This document shows positions 25,301 to 38,352 of a DNA stretch of 64,000 nt, piece after piece. A model generated the notes under the pieces. That model was not told where the DNA came from. It saw only the letters and a program-made list of their open reading frames with translations, and did not search any database. This DNA comes from Oikopleura dioica (Eukaryota; Animalia; Chordata), in the NCBI GenBank assembly GCA_907165135.1, contig OU015567.1:13702001-13766000 (forward strand), read 5' to 3'. A program made the position numbers and the translations under genes. How positions within the stretch are numbered: position 1 is the first letter of the stretch; every line of letters begins with the position of its first letter.

Positions 25301-28300
25301 GTTGATGATTGCCCACCAGGAACCTTTAGAAATGTATCTCGTGGTGCCGGCGAAGAAAGTTGTCAATCTTGTCCTGGTGGATTCAAATGTCCATTTGCTG
25401 GAATGACTGAACCAGAGATATGTGATGCTGGGCAGTTCTGCCCTAATCTTGGTTATTGTGACGGAAAAACCGGAACTGACGAAATATGCGATCCAAGATA
25501 CAGCGCAGCGGCCTCAAAAGATCCAGTCAAAGAGGGATACATGTGTCCGCCATACCATTTCTGCCCAAGCGGTAGTATGGAGCCTAATCCTTGCACAGAT
25601 GGTACTTATACTCCAGATTTTGATTCTTCTGATCCAGAATCATTTGGCAATCTCCAATGTAAGGATTGTGAACCTTCCGGAGTTTGTCAAAACGGTCAGT
25701 ACTCTCCAGAATGTCTTCCAGGTTACTATTGCCAAGATGGTACGGCTATACCATGCCCCGCTGGTACATTCAACAATATTAAAACCGGTAATTCAATCGA
25801 TGATTGCGAACCATGTCCAGATGATCATTTCTGTGGAGACTCTGGAACAACAACTCCACAACCATGCAAAGCTGGTTACGTTTGCAAGAAAGGAACAACA
25901 TTTGGCTCTCGCGTTCCAGATCCAGAGGCTGAAAAAGGCACTCCCGAAGCAGATGAAATCTTTGGCTATCGGTGTCCTGAAGAGCACTACTGTGGCGACG
26001 GAACAAATAGTGCCCCAGAACAAATTTGCCCGGACGGCCGTTATAGAGACACTGATCTTGGTGCATCCATCGAGGATTGTCATCCTTGCCCAAGTAGCTC
26101 CTACTGCACAAATGGTAAAGTACAAGGCACTTGCGAAGATGGATTTTTCTGTAACACAGAATCTCCCAGCAACACACCGACACTCAATGGAACCTTCTTT
26201 GGTCCTTGTCTTGCAGGTCACTTTTGTGTTGACGGACTTATGTCAACTTGTCCGGCTGGTAAGTTCCAAAATGAAGAAGGAAAGTCCTCTTGCAAAGACT
26301 GCCGCGAAGGATTTTATTGCCCTCAAGGTAGTGATGTAGAAATATCTTGTCCTCCCGGTGCTTACTGTGTATCGAATTCTGCGAGGCCAACTTATTGCAA
26401 CGTTGGTTACTATCATGTTGGTGGCGAAAAAACTACAAGCTCTGCCAGTTGTGTTGCTTGCAAAGCTGGTTTTGCTTGTCCAACAATTGGTTTAATAGAA
26501 AATGATGTCTCGAATTTTGAATGTGAAGCAGGTTTTTACTGCCCAAGACGATCAACCTCAACAAGGCAGAATATCTGTACTCCAGGTCATTATTGCCCTG
26601 CTGGAAGCGAATCCGAGAAAGCTTGTGATGGAACCATGGCCTGTACTGATTATCAACTCGACGCTCCAAATGAAGAATGTTTCCCGGGCTACTTCTGTCC
26701 TGAAGGAAGTGACTCACCGAAAATGAATCCTTGTCCAGCTGGATATCATTGCAGTAGTGACAACGATCTTCCTGTAGCTTGTCCCTTAGGAAAATTCAAC
26801 AGATATCCGCTTCAACCGTCTGAAGATGCTTGTGAACCTTGCCTCCCTGGATATTACTGTCCGCGAGTTGGAATGAACGCTCCGCCAGATGATGAATATC
26901 TTTGCCGCGAAGGCTATTACTGCCCAGCTGGTTCAGAAACATCGCAGGGGCGAACAGATTCAGAGCCTGAACATGTGTGCCCAGTTGGAACTTACTGTCC
27001 AGAAGGTTCCGCGAGACCGATTCCTTGTCCTGATGGATACTACCAAGATAACACCAAACAAGAAATATGTGAAGCTTGTCCCGCTGGGTCTTACTGTATA
27101 GGCGATTTGAACAACGATCCGTATGTTGGAACCATAAATCCTATCGACTGTCCCGAAGGTCATTACTGTGAATCATTTGAGGATTCTCTCCGCACGAGAC
27201 CAGTTCCATGCCCTGCTGGAACATTCAGGGATGAAGTCGGAGGAGAGACGGATGGAGACTGTGAAATATGTGAGCAAGGATGGATCTGCACCGGTGTTGG
27301 CCTAATAGATACCGAAGAAACTCCTTGTTATGCGGGCTATTATTGTCCGGAGCGGCAAAATAACGCAGCTGGAAGACTTGAAGCACAAAATGGCAAAGCA
27401 CATCCTTGCGAAGAGCACGAATACTGTCCAACTGGTTCTTTTGAAGGAATCCCTTGCCCTGACGGAACCTATCGAAACAACACTGGTGATTGGTTCGGAT
27501 ACGATGAAGCCTCTTGTCAACCATGTGACCCGGGAAAATATTGTATCGAAGACGATCGACTCATCGAATGCGAAGCTGGATATATTTGCTCTTGGGGCGC
27601 TACCAAACCTGACCCAGAGGATGGAGACACAGGATATATTTGCCCGAAGGGTCATTATTGTCCAGCTGGAGCACTGAGACCAGAGCCTTGTGACGCCGGT
27701 TTCTATATGGAAGATGAAGGTGCTGGATCTTCTGACGATTGTTTCGAGTGCGAGCCTGGTTTCTATTGCCCAAGAGCTTCCACAAACGGAACCCAGCATG
27801 TGTGCTTAGAGGGATACTATTGTCCCCAAGGAAGTGATGTTGGAAACTACCAAGCTTGTCCTGTTGGACATGAATGCCCAGCTGGTTCATCCGAACCTGA
27901 ACCGTGTGGTCCCGGAGAATATGCTCCGATCATAAAAATGACTGCTTGCCTTGAATGTCCTGAGGGTTTCTACTGTCCAGATGATGTCAATGTTGAGCCA
28001 AAAATATGCCCTGCTGGATCGTTCTGTGTTGCAGGCAGTGATGAAATTCAGCTTTGCGCTGCTGGTACATTTAATTCTTATGAAGGCGCAAGAAATCAAA
28101 CGGATTGTACCACATGTCCAGGCGGTTATTATTGCCTGGACGGTACTGCAGCAATTGATGAGTCTATTCGCTGCCTTCCTGGCTATTTCTGTCCTCCTGG
28201 AACGAAAGCCCAAACAGAAAATATGTGTCAACCAGACTACTATTGCCCAACCGGAGCTTCGGCAATGCAGCCATGTGATGCTGGGTTCTACTCGATTTCT

Positions 28301-31300
28301 CCGCTTGCTTCTGAATGCAAACCTTGCGAGCCTGGCTACTACTGTCCTCGAACAAAAACAGATATCAATGGAACAGTCAATATGCTCACAGAACGTAAAC
28401 CTTGCGAAGAAGGCCATTACTGTGAAGGGGGACAAGAGTTTCCGCAACCATGTCCTCTTGGAACAACCAACCGGAATACTCTCTCTAGTGACATAAGCGC
28501 TTGTGATCCTTGTCCAGAGGGCTTCTGGTGTAGCGGTACGAACCAGACTGCTTGTGACGATGGCTTCCATTGTATCAGTGGTTCTTATTCGCCATCGCCT
28601 GGATGTTCGGATAAAGCAGCTGGTCGAGGAGAAGTCTGTCCTCTCGGGCATTACTGCGTTGACGGATTTAAGTTTCCGTGCAGTGCTGGAACGACATGCT
28701 CGCAATACGGTCTTACAGATGAGTCACAAGCAGAAGATTGTCCAGCAGGATACTATTGCCCGCTGGGAACTATCAGCTTCTCTGCTGATCATCTCCTTGA
28801 CCAACTTGACGGGAACGAACCCGTCAAATGCGGCCTCCAACCAGAATCGGCAAATCCAAATACATTCAATCAGATCATCTTCCAATTCTCGATTTTTCTT
28901 GACAATCAAATCGAAAAGGGCGTCTATTGCCCTCAAAGAAGTGCGTCGCCAACCAACTGCCCGAAAGGCCAGTGGTCTCAGTCAGTTGCCTCTAAGGGCG
29001 AAATCTATAACAATAGCACCACTGGGCCTGAGGAGTGCAATTTATGTCCTGAAGGTAGAGCCTGCACTCGAGAAGGAACATTTGATCCGATCGAAGATTC
29101 TATCAGCTGTTCAAATGGATACTATTGTGGAAAGGGTTCAGATAAATCTAAACCCGATGGTGCTACCTGCAGCGAGCAAAATATGTGTCCAAGTGGCTCG
29201 AAAGTTGAGATGCCTTGTCCACCAGGAACTTATCAGAACTCTCAAAAACAAAGCAAATGTAATTTCTGCAGAAAGGGACATTATTGCACCGGAAATGCTG
29301 AATTGCTTTGGCGCGGAGTTGATGACATCTGGGGCAAGGATCCAGAAACGAATTATATATGCGAATATTGCGACTGTGTCGAAGGCCATTACTGTCCAGG
29401 AAACTCAACTGCACCTCAGCCGTGTCCAGTCGGCACTTATGGCAGAGACGGATCAAAAACATACAGCAAAGTTGAAGATTGTAATGCTTGTGACGGCGGA
29501 CACTATTGTGATACCGAGGGATTACTGCAGAGTGAAATGGATAATCTTATTTGCGAAGCCGGCTACGTTTGCGCCTCTGGTTCATTTAGTCCAACACCAA
29601 CTGGAATCGTCGAGCAAGATAAAGACAGTGGAAAATGGAGTGGAAACGGCAAGTGCCCACTTGGATATTTCTGCGAAGAAGGATCCAAAGAACCATCGCC
29701 CTGTCCTAAAGGAATGATAGGTATTGAAACAGGAGCAACAAAAGAACTTCCTGACTCAAGTCTGGTCACAGAATTCAACAAAACATGCATTTTCTGTCCA
29801 CCTGGTCTTTACTGCCCGAATGAAGCAATGAAAACTGCTGAAATTATTGGCACAAAAGAATGCAATGAAACTGAAAGCAATGACAACTGCCCGATTGAAT
29901 GTCCCGAAGGTTCATTCTGCGAAGAAGGATCCGAGTCCGGAACGATTCCATGTGGCCTCGGAAAATATTGTCCGAAAGGTACTCCCGCTGAGATCGCATG
30001 TCCGATGGGAACTTACAATGATATTGGAGGTCTTTCTGAGTGCTTGCCCTGTGAACCTGGCTATTACTGCGATAATTTCTTTGGTACTGTTAATCCAAAA
30101 ATCTGTCCAGTCGGAACTTATTGCCCTAATAACAACACCATTGTGCCAATAAGTTGTCCGCCAGGAACGTACAATCCAGTCTCCGAAATCGGCAGCGAGC
30201 CTGTTTCGAAAGACTCCTGTCTTCCGTGCCCAGAAGGAAAATTCTGCCCCGATCCTGGAATGGGAGGCTTTGGCAGCAACGGTACATATGACTGCGATCC
30301 TGGCTTTTACTGTGAAGAAGGCGCAAGAGAACGAGATCCAGATACAGATATGAATAAACCTTGCCCCACTGGAAAATATTGCCCGAACGCTGATGGTATT
30401 TACAGACCACTCGATTGTCCCATCGGAACCTACAATCCGTCGACTCACGCTAGGGATCGTAAAACTGGCTGTCTGCCTTGCAAGGGTGGGTATGTTTGTG
30501 ACGAGTCAGGCCTTGTTACACCGGAGATTCTTTGTCCCGCTGGTTTATATTGCCCAAGTGATGAAGAGACTGTATACGGTACACCGTGTCCTAAACATCA
30601 CATGTGTCCTGAAGGTTCTGCTGACCCGATTCCGTGTCCACTCGGCTTCTATCAAGGCTCAACAGGCGCCGATAGCTGTATTCCATGCTCTGCAGGCTCA
30701 TACTGCCAGCCCACAAAACCTGATTCTCTGAATCCTAACGAGCCGATTGACATCAAAGAAGAGATTTGCCCAGCTCAGTACTACTGTCCCCCAGAAACCG
30801 CGTATCCTATCAAGTGCCCTTCGGGAACCTACACACTCAGCGATGAGACCGGTAGAACTCAACTCAGTGACTGCAGACCATGTCCATATGGCAAGTACTG
30901 TCGAGATGGTCAGATTCAAGGACCTTGCATGTTCGGATACCTTTGTTACAGTGGAGCAAACGCGCCAAATCCAAAATATGGCGACGACATTGAGATTGAA
31001 TTGTTTTACAACTCTTCAACGGGTCTTATCGAATACGAACCTCTAAAAGCAAATGATCCAATGAACTGTACATCTGGCGATGTGTGTGCGGGTCCTTGTC
31101 CTCCTGGGTATTACTGTTATCCGAACGGAGACACTTCAACCATCGAGCCTTGTGCTAACAACACCTACAGAGAACAACCGGGTGGTATGTCTCCATATCA
31201 ATGCTCAACATGTCCAGCAGGTCTTTTCTGCGAGATCGGCGCAACCGAGGCGGTTCCTTGTCCTCCGGGTCACTATTGCCCAGCTTGGTATAATACACCT

Positions 31301-34300
31301 GAAGAAGCTAAAATACACGGGGAACAAATACGAACTTTTAGAGGAGAGAACGTTCTCCTTCATCCCGCTCCAGGACCACAGCGTTGTCCCATCTACACAT
31401 TTAGAAATGAATCTGGCGGAAAAAGTATTGATGATTGTCGATTCTGCGACCCTGGCTATTTCTGTGACCAAGAAGGTATTGTCAATCAAGAAGACTTCCC
31501 GTGCAAACCTGGATATTATTGCTCTGGTCAAGGTCTACCTCCACGAAAATGCCCAGCTGGAAGGATGTCACCAGAAAATCATCTAGCCGAAAGCTCCTAT
31601 GATTGCTTGCCCTGCTCTCCTGGACGTTATTGTCCTGAACCAATCGGCAAACTCATCAATATTGATGGAATTCTGTGTCCTCTCGGATATGAATGTCCAG
31701 GCGGAACTAGAATTGCCATGAAATGTCGAGCGGGATACGTCTGTAATCAAGAAGGCATGGCTTCCGGTGAAATTTGTCCAGAAGGCTATTATTGCCCAGA
31801 AGGAACGAAATCAATAATTGAAGATCTAAAGTGCGAGTTCCCCTTCTTCTGTCCAAAGGGATCTTCAACTCCTCAACCGTGTGACCTCGGTTTTGAGGCA
31901 AAAGAGTCTTCAAACTCATCTGATGGCCTTCGAACATCGAAAGCGGACTCTTGCAGAATTTGCGTTGCCGGAACGTACAGAAATACCTACGATTCTGAGA
32001 GCTGCTCTCAGTGTGAACCAGGATACTTCTGTCCGGAGGGAACCGGCGATTACACTGAAAATCAATGTGATCCAGGACACGAGTGCCCACGTGGAAATCC
32101 TACTGGAATGATGATACCTTGCAAACCTGGAACTTACGCTTTCGGTCGTGGAAATGAAATCTGCTCAAAATGCAAGCCAAACACTTATGCGAGCAAGGAG
32201 AAGGCCATTTCTTGCAAGAACTGCGGAACTGCCTCGTATTCTCCAGAAGGAGCCGGCACATGCACTTGCCATTCAGATACACGAGTATTCCAGGAAACGG
32301 ATTCAACCTGTATTTGTCGGCCGCAGTACTATTACAGCAATGATGGGGAAATGGACAGTTCTGAATTTGACTCTGATGGAGATTGTTCTCTTATCAAGGC
32401 TCCAAGATGTGATAATCTTAGCTCGAAAGATCAGACATGCATCGAAGAATGTGGTAAAGAGGACCATGAGTTCTCAAAGGCATACGGACTCTGTATGGGC
32501 ACAGATCTTCCTCTGATTGACGAAAATTGCTGTGATAAAATTTCACTTCAAGTACAACCTGACGGTAGAATTGAAGCCGTAAATAATAAAGGCGAAATAT
32601 TGGAACCTGACTTCGACGCTTTTGGTATTGAAGATGTCGTCGCAAGCTTAGGGAACGAATTCAATGTTGAGTTCACCGTTTTCGACGATGGTATTCAAGG
32701 TACTCGATACATTGCATCAACGAGAAAACGAAGACAAGCGGACAGTACTGCATACATTGAGGATCCTCTTATTTGTATTCCACCAAACACAGCAGTTGTC
32801 TTCGAAAATAAGATCGACAACACTGACAGAGTCAACAGCGAATATCCAGTATATGTTCAAGACAGCACACTCAATTCGAATCCTGAATATGATTATGGAG
32901 AGTTTAGAATTTTGCGATACTATGTTACAAAAACTTCATCATCAAATGTCGACAATTTTATCTACGCATTTACGGAAGAAGGAACGTATACTTTCTCTAA
33001 CTCGCAGAACAGCAACAGCACTCTTTTGATTGTTGTTTCAAATGAAAACTGCGACGGTTCTCCAATCCAGTTCATTTCAGAAGAGTCCTTACGTAATGCC
33101 GGAGTGGTGTCCACTGAACCTGTTATGGAGCCGAACTGGCCTCTGATAATCGGTTTGACAACTTCATTTGCCATTCTCATCATCATCGGAGTCTTGATCT
33201 TCTTGATTATCGATCCTTATGGTTGGGAAGTGTTCTCGACGAAACGATTCAAGCCAAAATTCAAGGATCTCGCCGAGCCACCCCTGCCAACTAAAATCGA
33301 AAAACTCGATCCGGACGATGATTCTCGTCGAGCTCTTCTTCCATACAACAGAAACTCGTCTGAGCTCGAAGACTTCAGTGTCAAAAACTTCATCGACAAA
33401 CTGAAAGATCAGCGCTACTACCTCGACGAACAAATCTCTGCTTCCAAGAACAAGCTCCGAGAATTCCGAACGCGAGTAAACGAAGAAACGAAGCGTTTAT
33501 CTGATGAAGTTTCGAAAATGAATCTGGACTCAATCCAAATCAACAAATCTGGAATCGCAGAAAATGGGCAAAACGTCGTGGAAGTTAACCACCAGACAAA
33601 TCTGAGATACTCAGATGACTTGCAAGTCGAGGAAGATGCGCTCTTTGTCACTATGCAAGAAGTGCTCAACAAGCTACACGGAGGCCGACTTTTGATTTCA
33701 GATGACACACTTGAGGACGCAAAGAGGCTGTATCGCGAACGAAAACGCATGCAGAAGGATTTCATCGACATTCCTGAGAAAACGGATACCACTAATCTTG
33801 GAAATGCAGTTGAGTTGAACCAAGAGGACATTCGACCAGCCTTCGACGAAAACTCAAAAAATCGAGAAGCAGCGTGCACCTACGGAATGACTGCTGAAGA
33901 GGCTGAAGAATACTGGCAAAAAGCAGCGGAAGAAAACGCACAAGCCGATCTAAAATATCTCGATGAGCGTGAACGTCAAAAATGGCGACTTCAGCAGCGT
34001 CTTAAACGACGAGTGGATCCGAGATACAAAGACGAAGTCCTTATTCAACAAATGATTCAAACTGAAGTAGACGAAAATAAGCTCGACAAGGAAGATGCAT
34101 CGGAAAAATTGAACAACGAGAAATTGCTAAACGACAAGATGAAATCGGACAATATCGAATTCGTAAAAGGTGAAGTTTCCGGCCAAGCTGGCGGAGAAAC
34201 CGTTGTTGCTGCGATGATTAACATCTCATACGACGAGATCAATCAGAAACAATCGGATGCAGAGAAAGATCTGAAGCGCAACTACCGCAAGAGAAAAGAA

Positions 34301-36964
34301 AAGCAGCGGAAGGAACTCGAAGACATGCACAAAGCAGAGCTCCAAGAACTTGCAGAAGGAACGATCGATCTCTCCGAAGTTTTGGTACGACACGAAATGG
34401 AGAAAGAAGCAATCGATCTCAAACTTGATTCCGAAATGGAAGAGGATATGCTTGCTATCATGCAAAGTGCGCAAGAAGATCGAGAAATGATTTTCGAAGA
34501 AGAACTCAGAAAACAAGCAAACGGAACTTTACCACCAGCAGTTGCGATTGAACTGATGAAGAAATACAAGGCTCACATGGATAAAGCCTCTTCACGGCGC
34601 TCCAACGCTCGAGATCAATTCGATTTGAAGCTAAAAGAACGAAGACGAGCAAAACGCGCCGCACGAGATAGTAAGATTATAGGAGATACTGTCGACAAGT
34701 ACAACAGCAGACAATCTCTTATCAAAGAAATCGGTCGGCCATCGTACGGCGAGTTCATTTCGGACGCTGAACTCGAAGATCAACTCGCAGAAGCAAAGAA
34801 ACGAGATCAAAACTTAGCTTCTTCTGTCCAAGCTCAAGCAAATAAAGAGTATCTTGCGGAACTGGCTGCGGCAGAGAAAGAAATGGAAGAGTTTGATAAG
34901 GAGTATCATGAAGAAATGGACAATATTGAAGCTGAATTCGAGCAACGCAAACTCGAGCTGTTGAAAACTGTGGACCCAGAAGAAGCAGACAGGCTCTTCG
35001 CAGAGTTGAGTGCTGATATGGCAGTTTCTGAAGAGAAGGCCAGACAGCACCTGCTTCTTCAACGGTAAAAATATAAAGAATTTTTTATTTTTGATCAAGT
35101 CTTTTAGAGCTCGTCTTGTCGCAAAACTGAAAAAGCGACAACAGGAAAAAATGGCAGAAGCAGCGGACGAAGCTGCCAAAAAGATCAAAGAACAAGAAGA
35201 CGCCAACAAAGTCGACCTCAACAACAAGCGAAAGGAAAATACTCAGCGTGCTGAAATCAACCTTATTAAAACTCAAATGAACCAAAGCGACAAACCAGAG
35301 CCGTTGAAAATTGTCAAATCTGTCCTTGATGCTCGTCATAAAAAAGAACTTGCTGAGTTGGAGGATAAATTTGGTCAAGAACGAGAGGAGCTTCTTTTGA
35401 ACTGTGATCCAAATGAGAGAATTATGGTTCTCTCTGATTGGGAATATCGAATGAATAAAGGTAAGAGTTATCTTGAGACCTCTTAATCATTTTAAAATCA
35501 GCAATCGTCGAGCTTCGCCAGCAACACTATAACGAACTTATCGATTACCTCGACCAAGTTTGTCCAAAAACAGCCGATTCCGTCCGTGCCAACAACGAAG
35601 CAAACGCGCAAAAACTGAAAGAACTCGAGAAAGATCAAAAAGAACTTGAAAAACAGCTTGCTTCGGAGCGAGCGCAGTGGGAAGCCGAGCAAAATGCAAA
35701 GATCGAGGAAAAATTGCGCAAAGCGGAGGAAGAGTTTGAAGCTGAAATGCGAGCGGAGCTAGAAAAACTTGAAAACGAGAGTAGCGAATCCGATGAATTG
35801 AAAAAACTGAACGAGGAAATGCAAGCAGCACTTGACGCAGCTAAAGCCTCGGGGTCATCGCCGGAAGAAGTTGAAAAGATGATGGAGGAATGGGAAGAAA
35901 AACAGAATAAACTTCTACTCGCGAAGGGAGCCGCTCATCTTGGACAAAAGAAAGCCGTTCAAGATAAGATCGAGAGACTCAAACAGGAGCGCTTGCAAAA
36001 GGAAAAGACGAAATTGGAGGAGCACAAACAGATCGAAGAAGCGAAACTCGCGACTGAAGAGAAATTGAAGCAAGCAGAAAATCTCGAGAAGATTGAACAA
36101 ATCGTGACAGATGGTGAAAAAGCAACTGTTGAGGTTGCTGAAAGCCCAGTCGAAACTACTTCCGATAATAACAACGAATTATCGGAAGAAGACTTTGATA
36201 GCATTCTGAAATCAAGCGATTTGTACAAGGTTGTCAGAAGCTTGAAACAATCTACATACTCGTCTCCAACAACGCTCTACACATTCAAGTCATCAAACTC
36301 TGTCGGTAATGATTTGGAAACGATTCCGACCGCTCTGCTCGGCAAAAACGAACGCGTCGTCTTCAAGTTCTGTCAGTACATTCTAAGTCTTATCGTCAAC
36401 GTTGCTGGATATCGCCCAGTTACTCTTCTCGCGGCATCGAAGATTCCTTCGAATCCAGAACTCGAAAAGAACGGTTTCAAAGGATGGTTCTCCTATGATT
36501 GCACCAACAGATTCCTCTTCATCACAAAAGAAAAGCTCCAAGAGCAAAACCCAGGACACCTGTACGTTCTTATGGCTCACTGTATGGCGCACATTCGAAC
36601 CGGCGATTTGACCAACGATCTAAACCCCCAGTTCCGAAACGAGTTCTACCAGCTCCTTGCGAAGATATCGACTCACATCTTCCAAATTCAAACTACGCCG
36701 GAAATGAAACTGCCACTTGAATTCTCTGGAAAGTCAAAAGAAAATGTTGAGTACACGCCTGCTGAAATCAAGGCCATTTTCAAGCGAAAAGAAAAGCTTG
36801 ATCTTGAAGCCCTATCTGATGAGCTCGGCGAAATCAACAAGGAGTTGGCCGATCTACGCAGAAACGATGCTTCAGAAAAACAAACTCGCGCCCTCGAAAA
36901 ACGCCAAGCAACTCTTCAGCGACAAATTGAAGGAATATCCGACTCACTTGCTATTGAATATTAA
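16386..36964 (+). CDS. Giant (~6,700-6,800 aa) type-I membrane protein: tandem GCC2/GCC3 (ephrin-receptor-like) Cys repeats, RKRR site, membrane-proximal globular domain, one TM helix, long coiled-coil tail, C-terminal globular domain
   Basis: A 6131-codon ORF dominated by CPxGxY/CxxCPxGxYC units; TM WPLIIGLTTSFAILIIIGVLIFLII near 33136-33210. GT-AG introns starting at 35065 and about 35462 join the downstream E/K-rich ORFs in frame to the stop at 36964. The exact 5' end is uncertain. Confidence 0.9.
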
Positions 36965-37101
36965 TACTTTTATGCCAAACTGAAAACATCGTTGAAAAGT
37001 TCACTGTAAATAAATTATTTCAACCTTCAATCTTCAGACTTTTTGAATACAGAATATTTATTTATAAAAAAAAACCTTGCGAAAATAACCGTGAGAAACA
37101 G

Positions 37102-38251
37102 TTAATAAATCCTTTCATAGGAAAATTCAGAAATTAAAAAAAAGTCAGAGGCGGGCACAAATTTAAGATCATCACCATCTTCGACGAGTAAAAAGTGGAT
37201 TCCAACATCTCGACATTTCTTTTCTAGCAATCGCAGGGCACCAGGAAACTTGTAGATCTTTCTTCGTTTAGCTTTGATCGATATTTTCCAAGCGGAAGGA
37301 GAATTCTCTGCTGTAACTGGGATGGAACATCGGAAGGGACCATCGTATTCATTTAAATTGGCGGGCTCGACAGATAATGCTTGGTCCAAATGACTATAAT
37401 TGTCTCAATTAGAAGTGAATTTGATGATACTACGAATACCTGTATAATTCACAGACTTCATTCTTGAACTCGGGAGATTTCTTTTCGCGGAAGTCGTAAG
37501 TGTATGATAAAAATTTATCATCCTTTTCAAAAACACTGAAATATCATTTAGTTCTTCCTATACTTCATGCTTTGTAACTCACATGCGAAAGAGAATGCCC
37601 GAATATCTCCATCCATATCCCGTCTCGGAAAACACAAAGTACTTGCCGAATGGATGATAGCGCGCGAAGCCGAATTCCGAGGGTACTTCTGGCATCACTT
37701 TGGGGATTCGTTTTTGATTGTAACAAACGTTCGCGCCAAGATTAACAATGTTCTCGTCAATAAGTCTCAGATTCACTTCTTTCTTCATTTCGTGCACGTC
37801 AAGGAAAATGGGGTCATTTGGAAAACGCAGCCATGATCGGAACTCCCATGATTTTTTCACAAAACTTGCGAGCTTCTTTTCGACTTTCAGGAATTCAACC
37901 GCACTCTTTAGATCTTCAGGGCGTCGTTGAAACTCATCGAGGCGGCGCAAAAATTGAGTCCGTGGCTGGTTCTTTACTCGCAAGTCCAACAATCGAAACA
38001 TGTACTCGGTCATTGGAAGAGAAACTCGTTCCACTCTAAGAGTCGGATTTTGATTTTGCTGAGAGCTACTTTTCTAACCTTGGTTCTCCCTTTCTAGGTC
38101 TGAAAACAGTCCGAAAATAAGGATAATTCCTTGTCAAGAATTTCTTTTCGAATGATCTGACGCCGTCTGTAAATTCAATTTCGATGGGGACTATCATCGA
38201 GTCCGCCGGTTGGTAGTAGTCTTCATTGCTAAATCTTAAAAATGCAGCCAT
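37102..38251 (-). CDS. Divergent BTB/POZ-like protein, paralog 1, with an unknown C-terminal domain
   Basis: IEIEFTDGVRSFEKKFLTRNYPYFRTVF...PR|VERVSLPM...EDLKSAVEFLKV resembles the BTB SxYF..MF and ll.aA.fL motifs. C-terminus WKISIK...IHFLLVEDGDDLKFVPASDFF...EF. Confidence 0.6.
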
Positions 38252-38352
38252 CACCCCCAAAAATGATCTTGTTGATCTAAAACTGATTCAATGCTCATCA
38301 ACAGTAAACGTTATCGACCCGTGTTCTAGAGATAGTCTGATAAGCATAAAAT

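Noticed and set aside
17121-33900. Dozens of alternative-frame and antisense ORFs over the giant gene
   Set aside because: Shadow ORFs caused by the biased codon usage of the Cys/Gly/Pro repeats; none has independent protein features.
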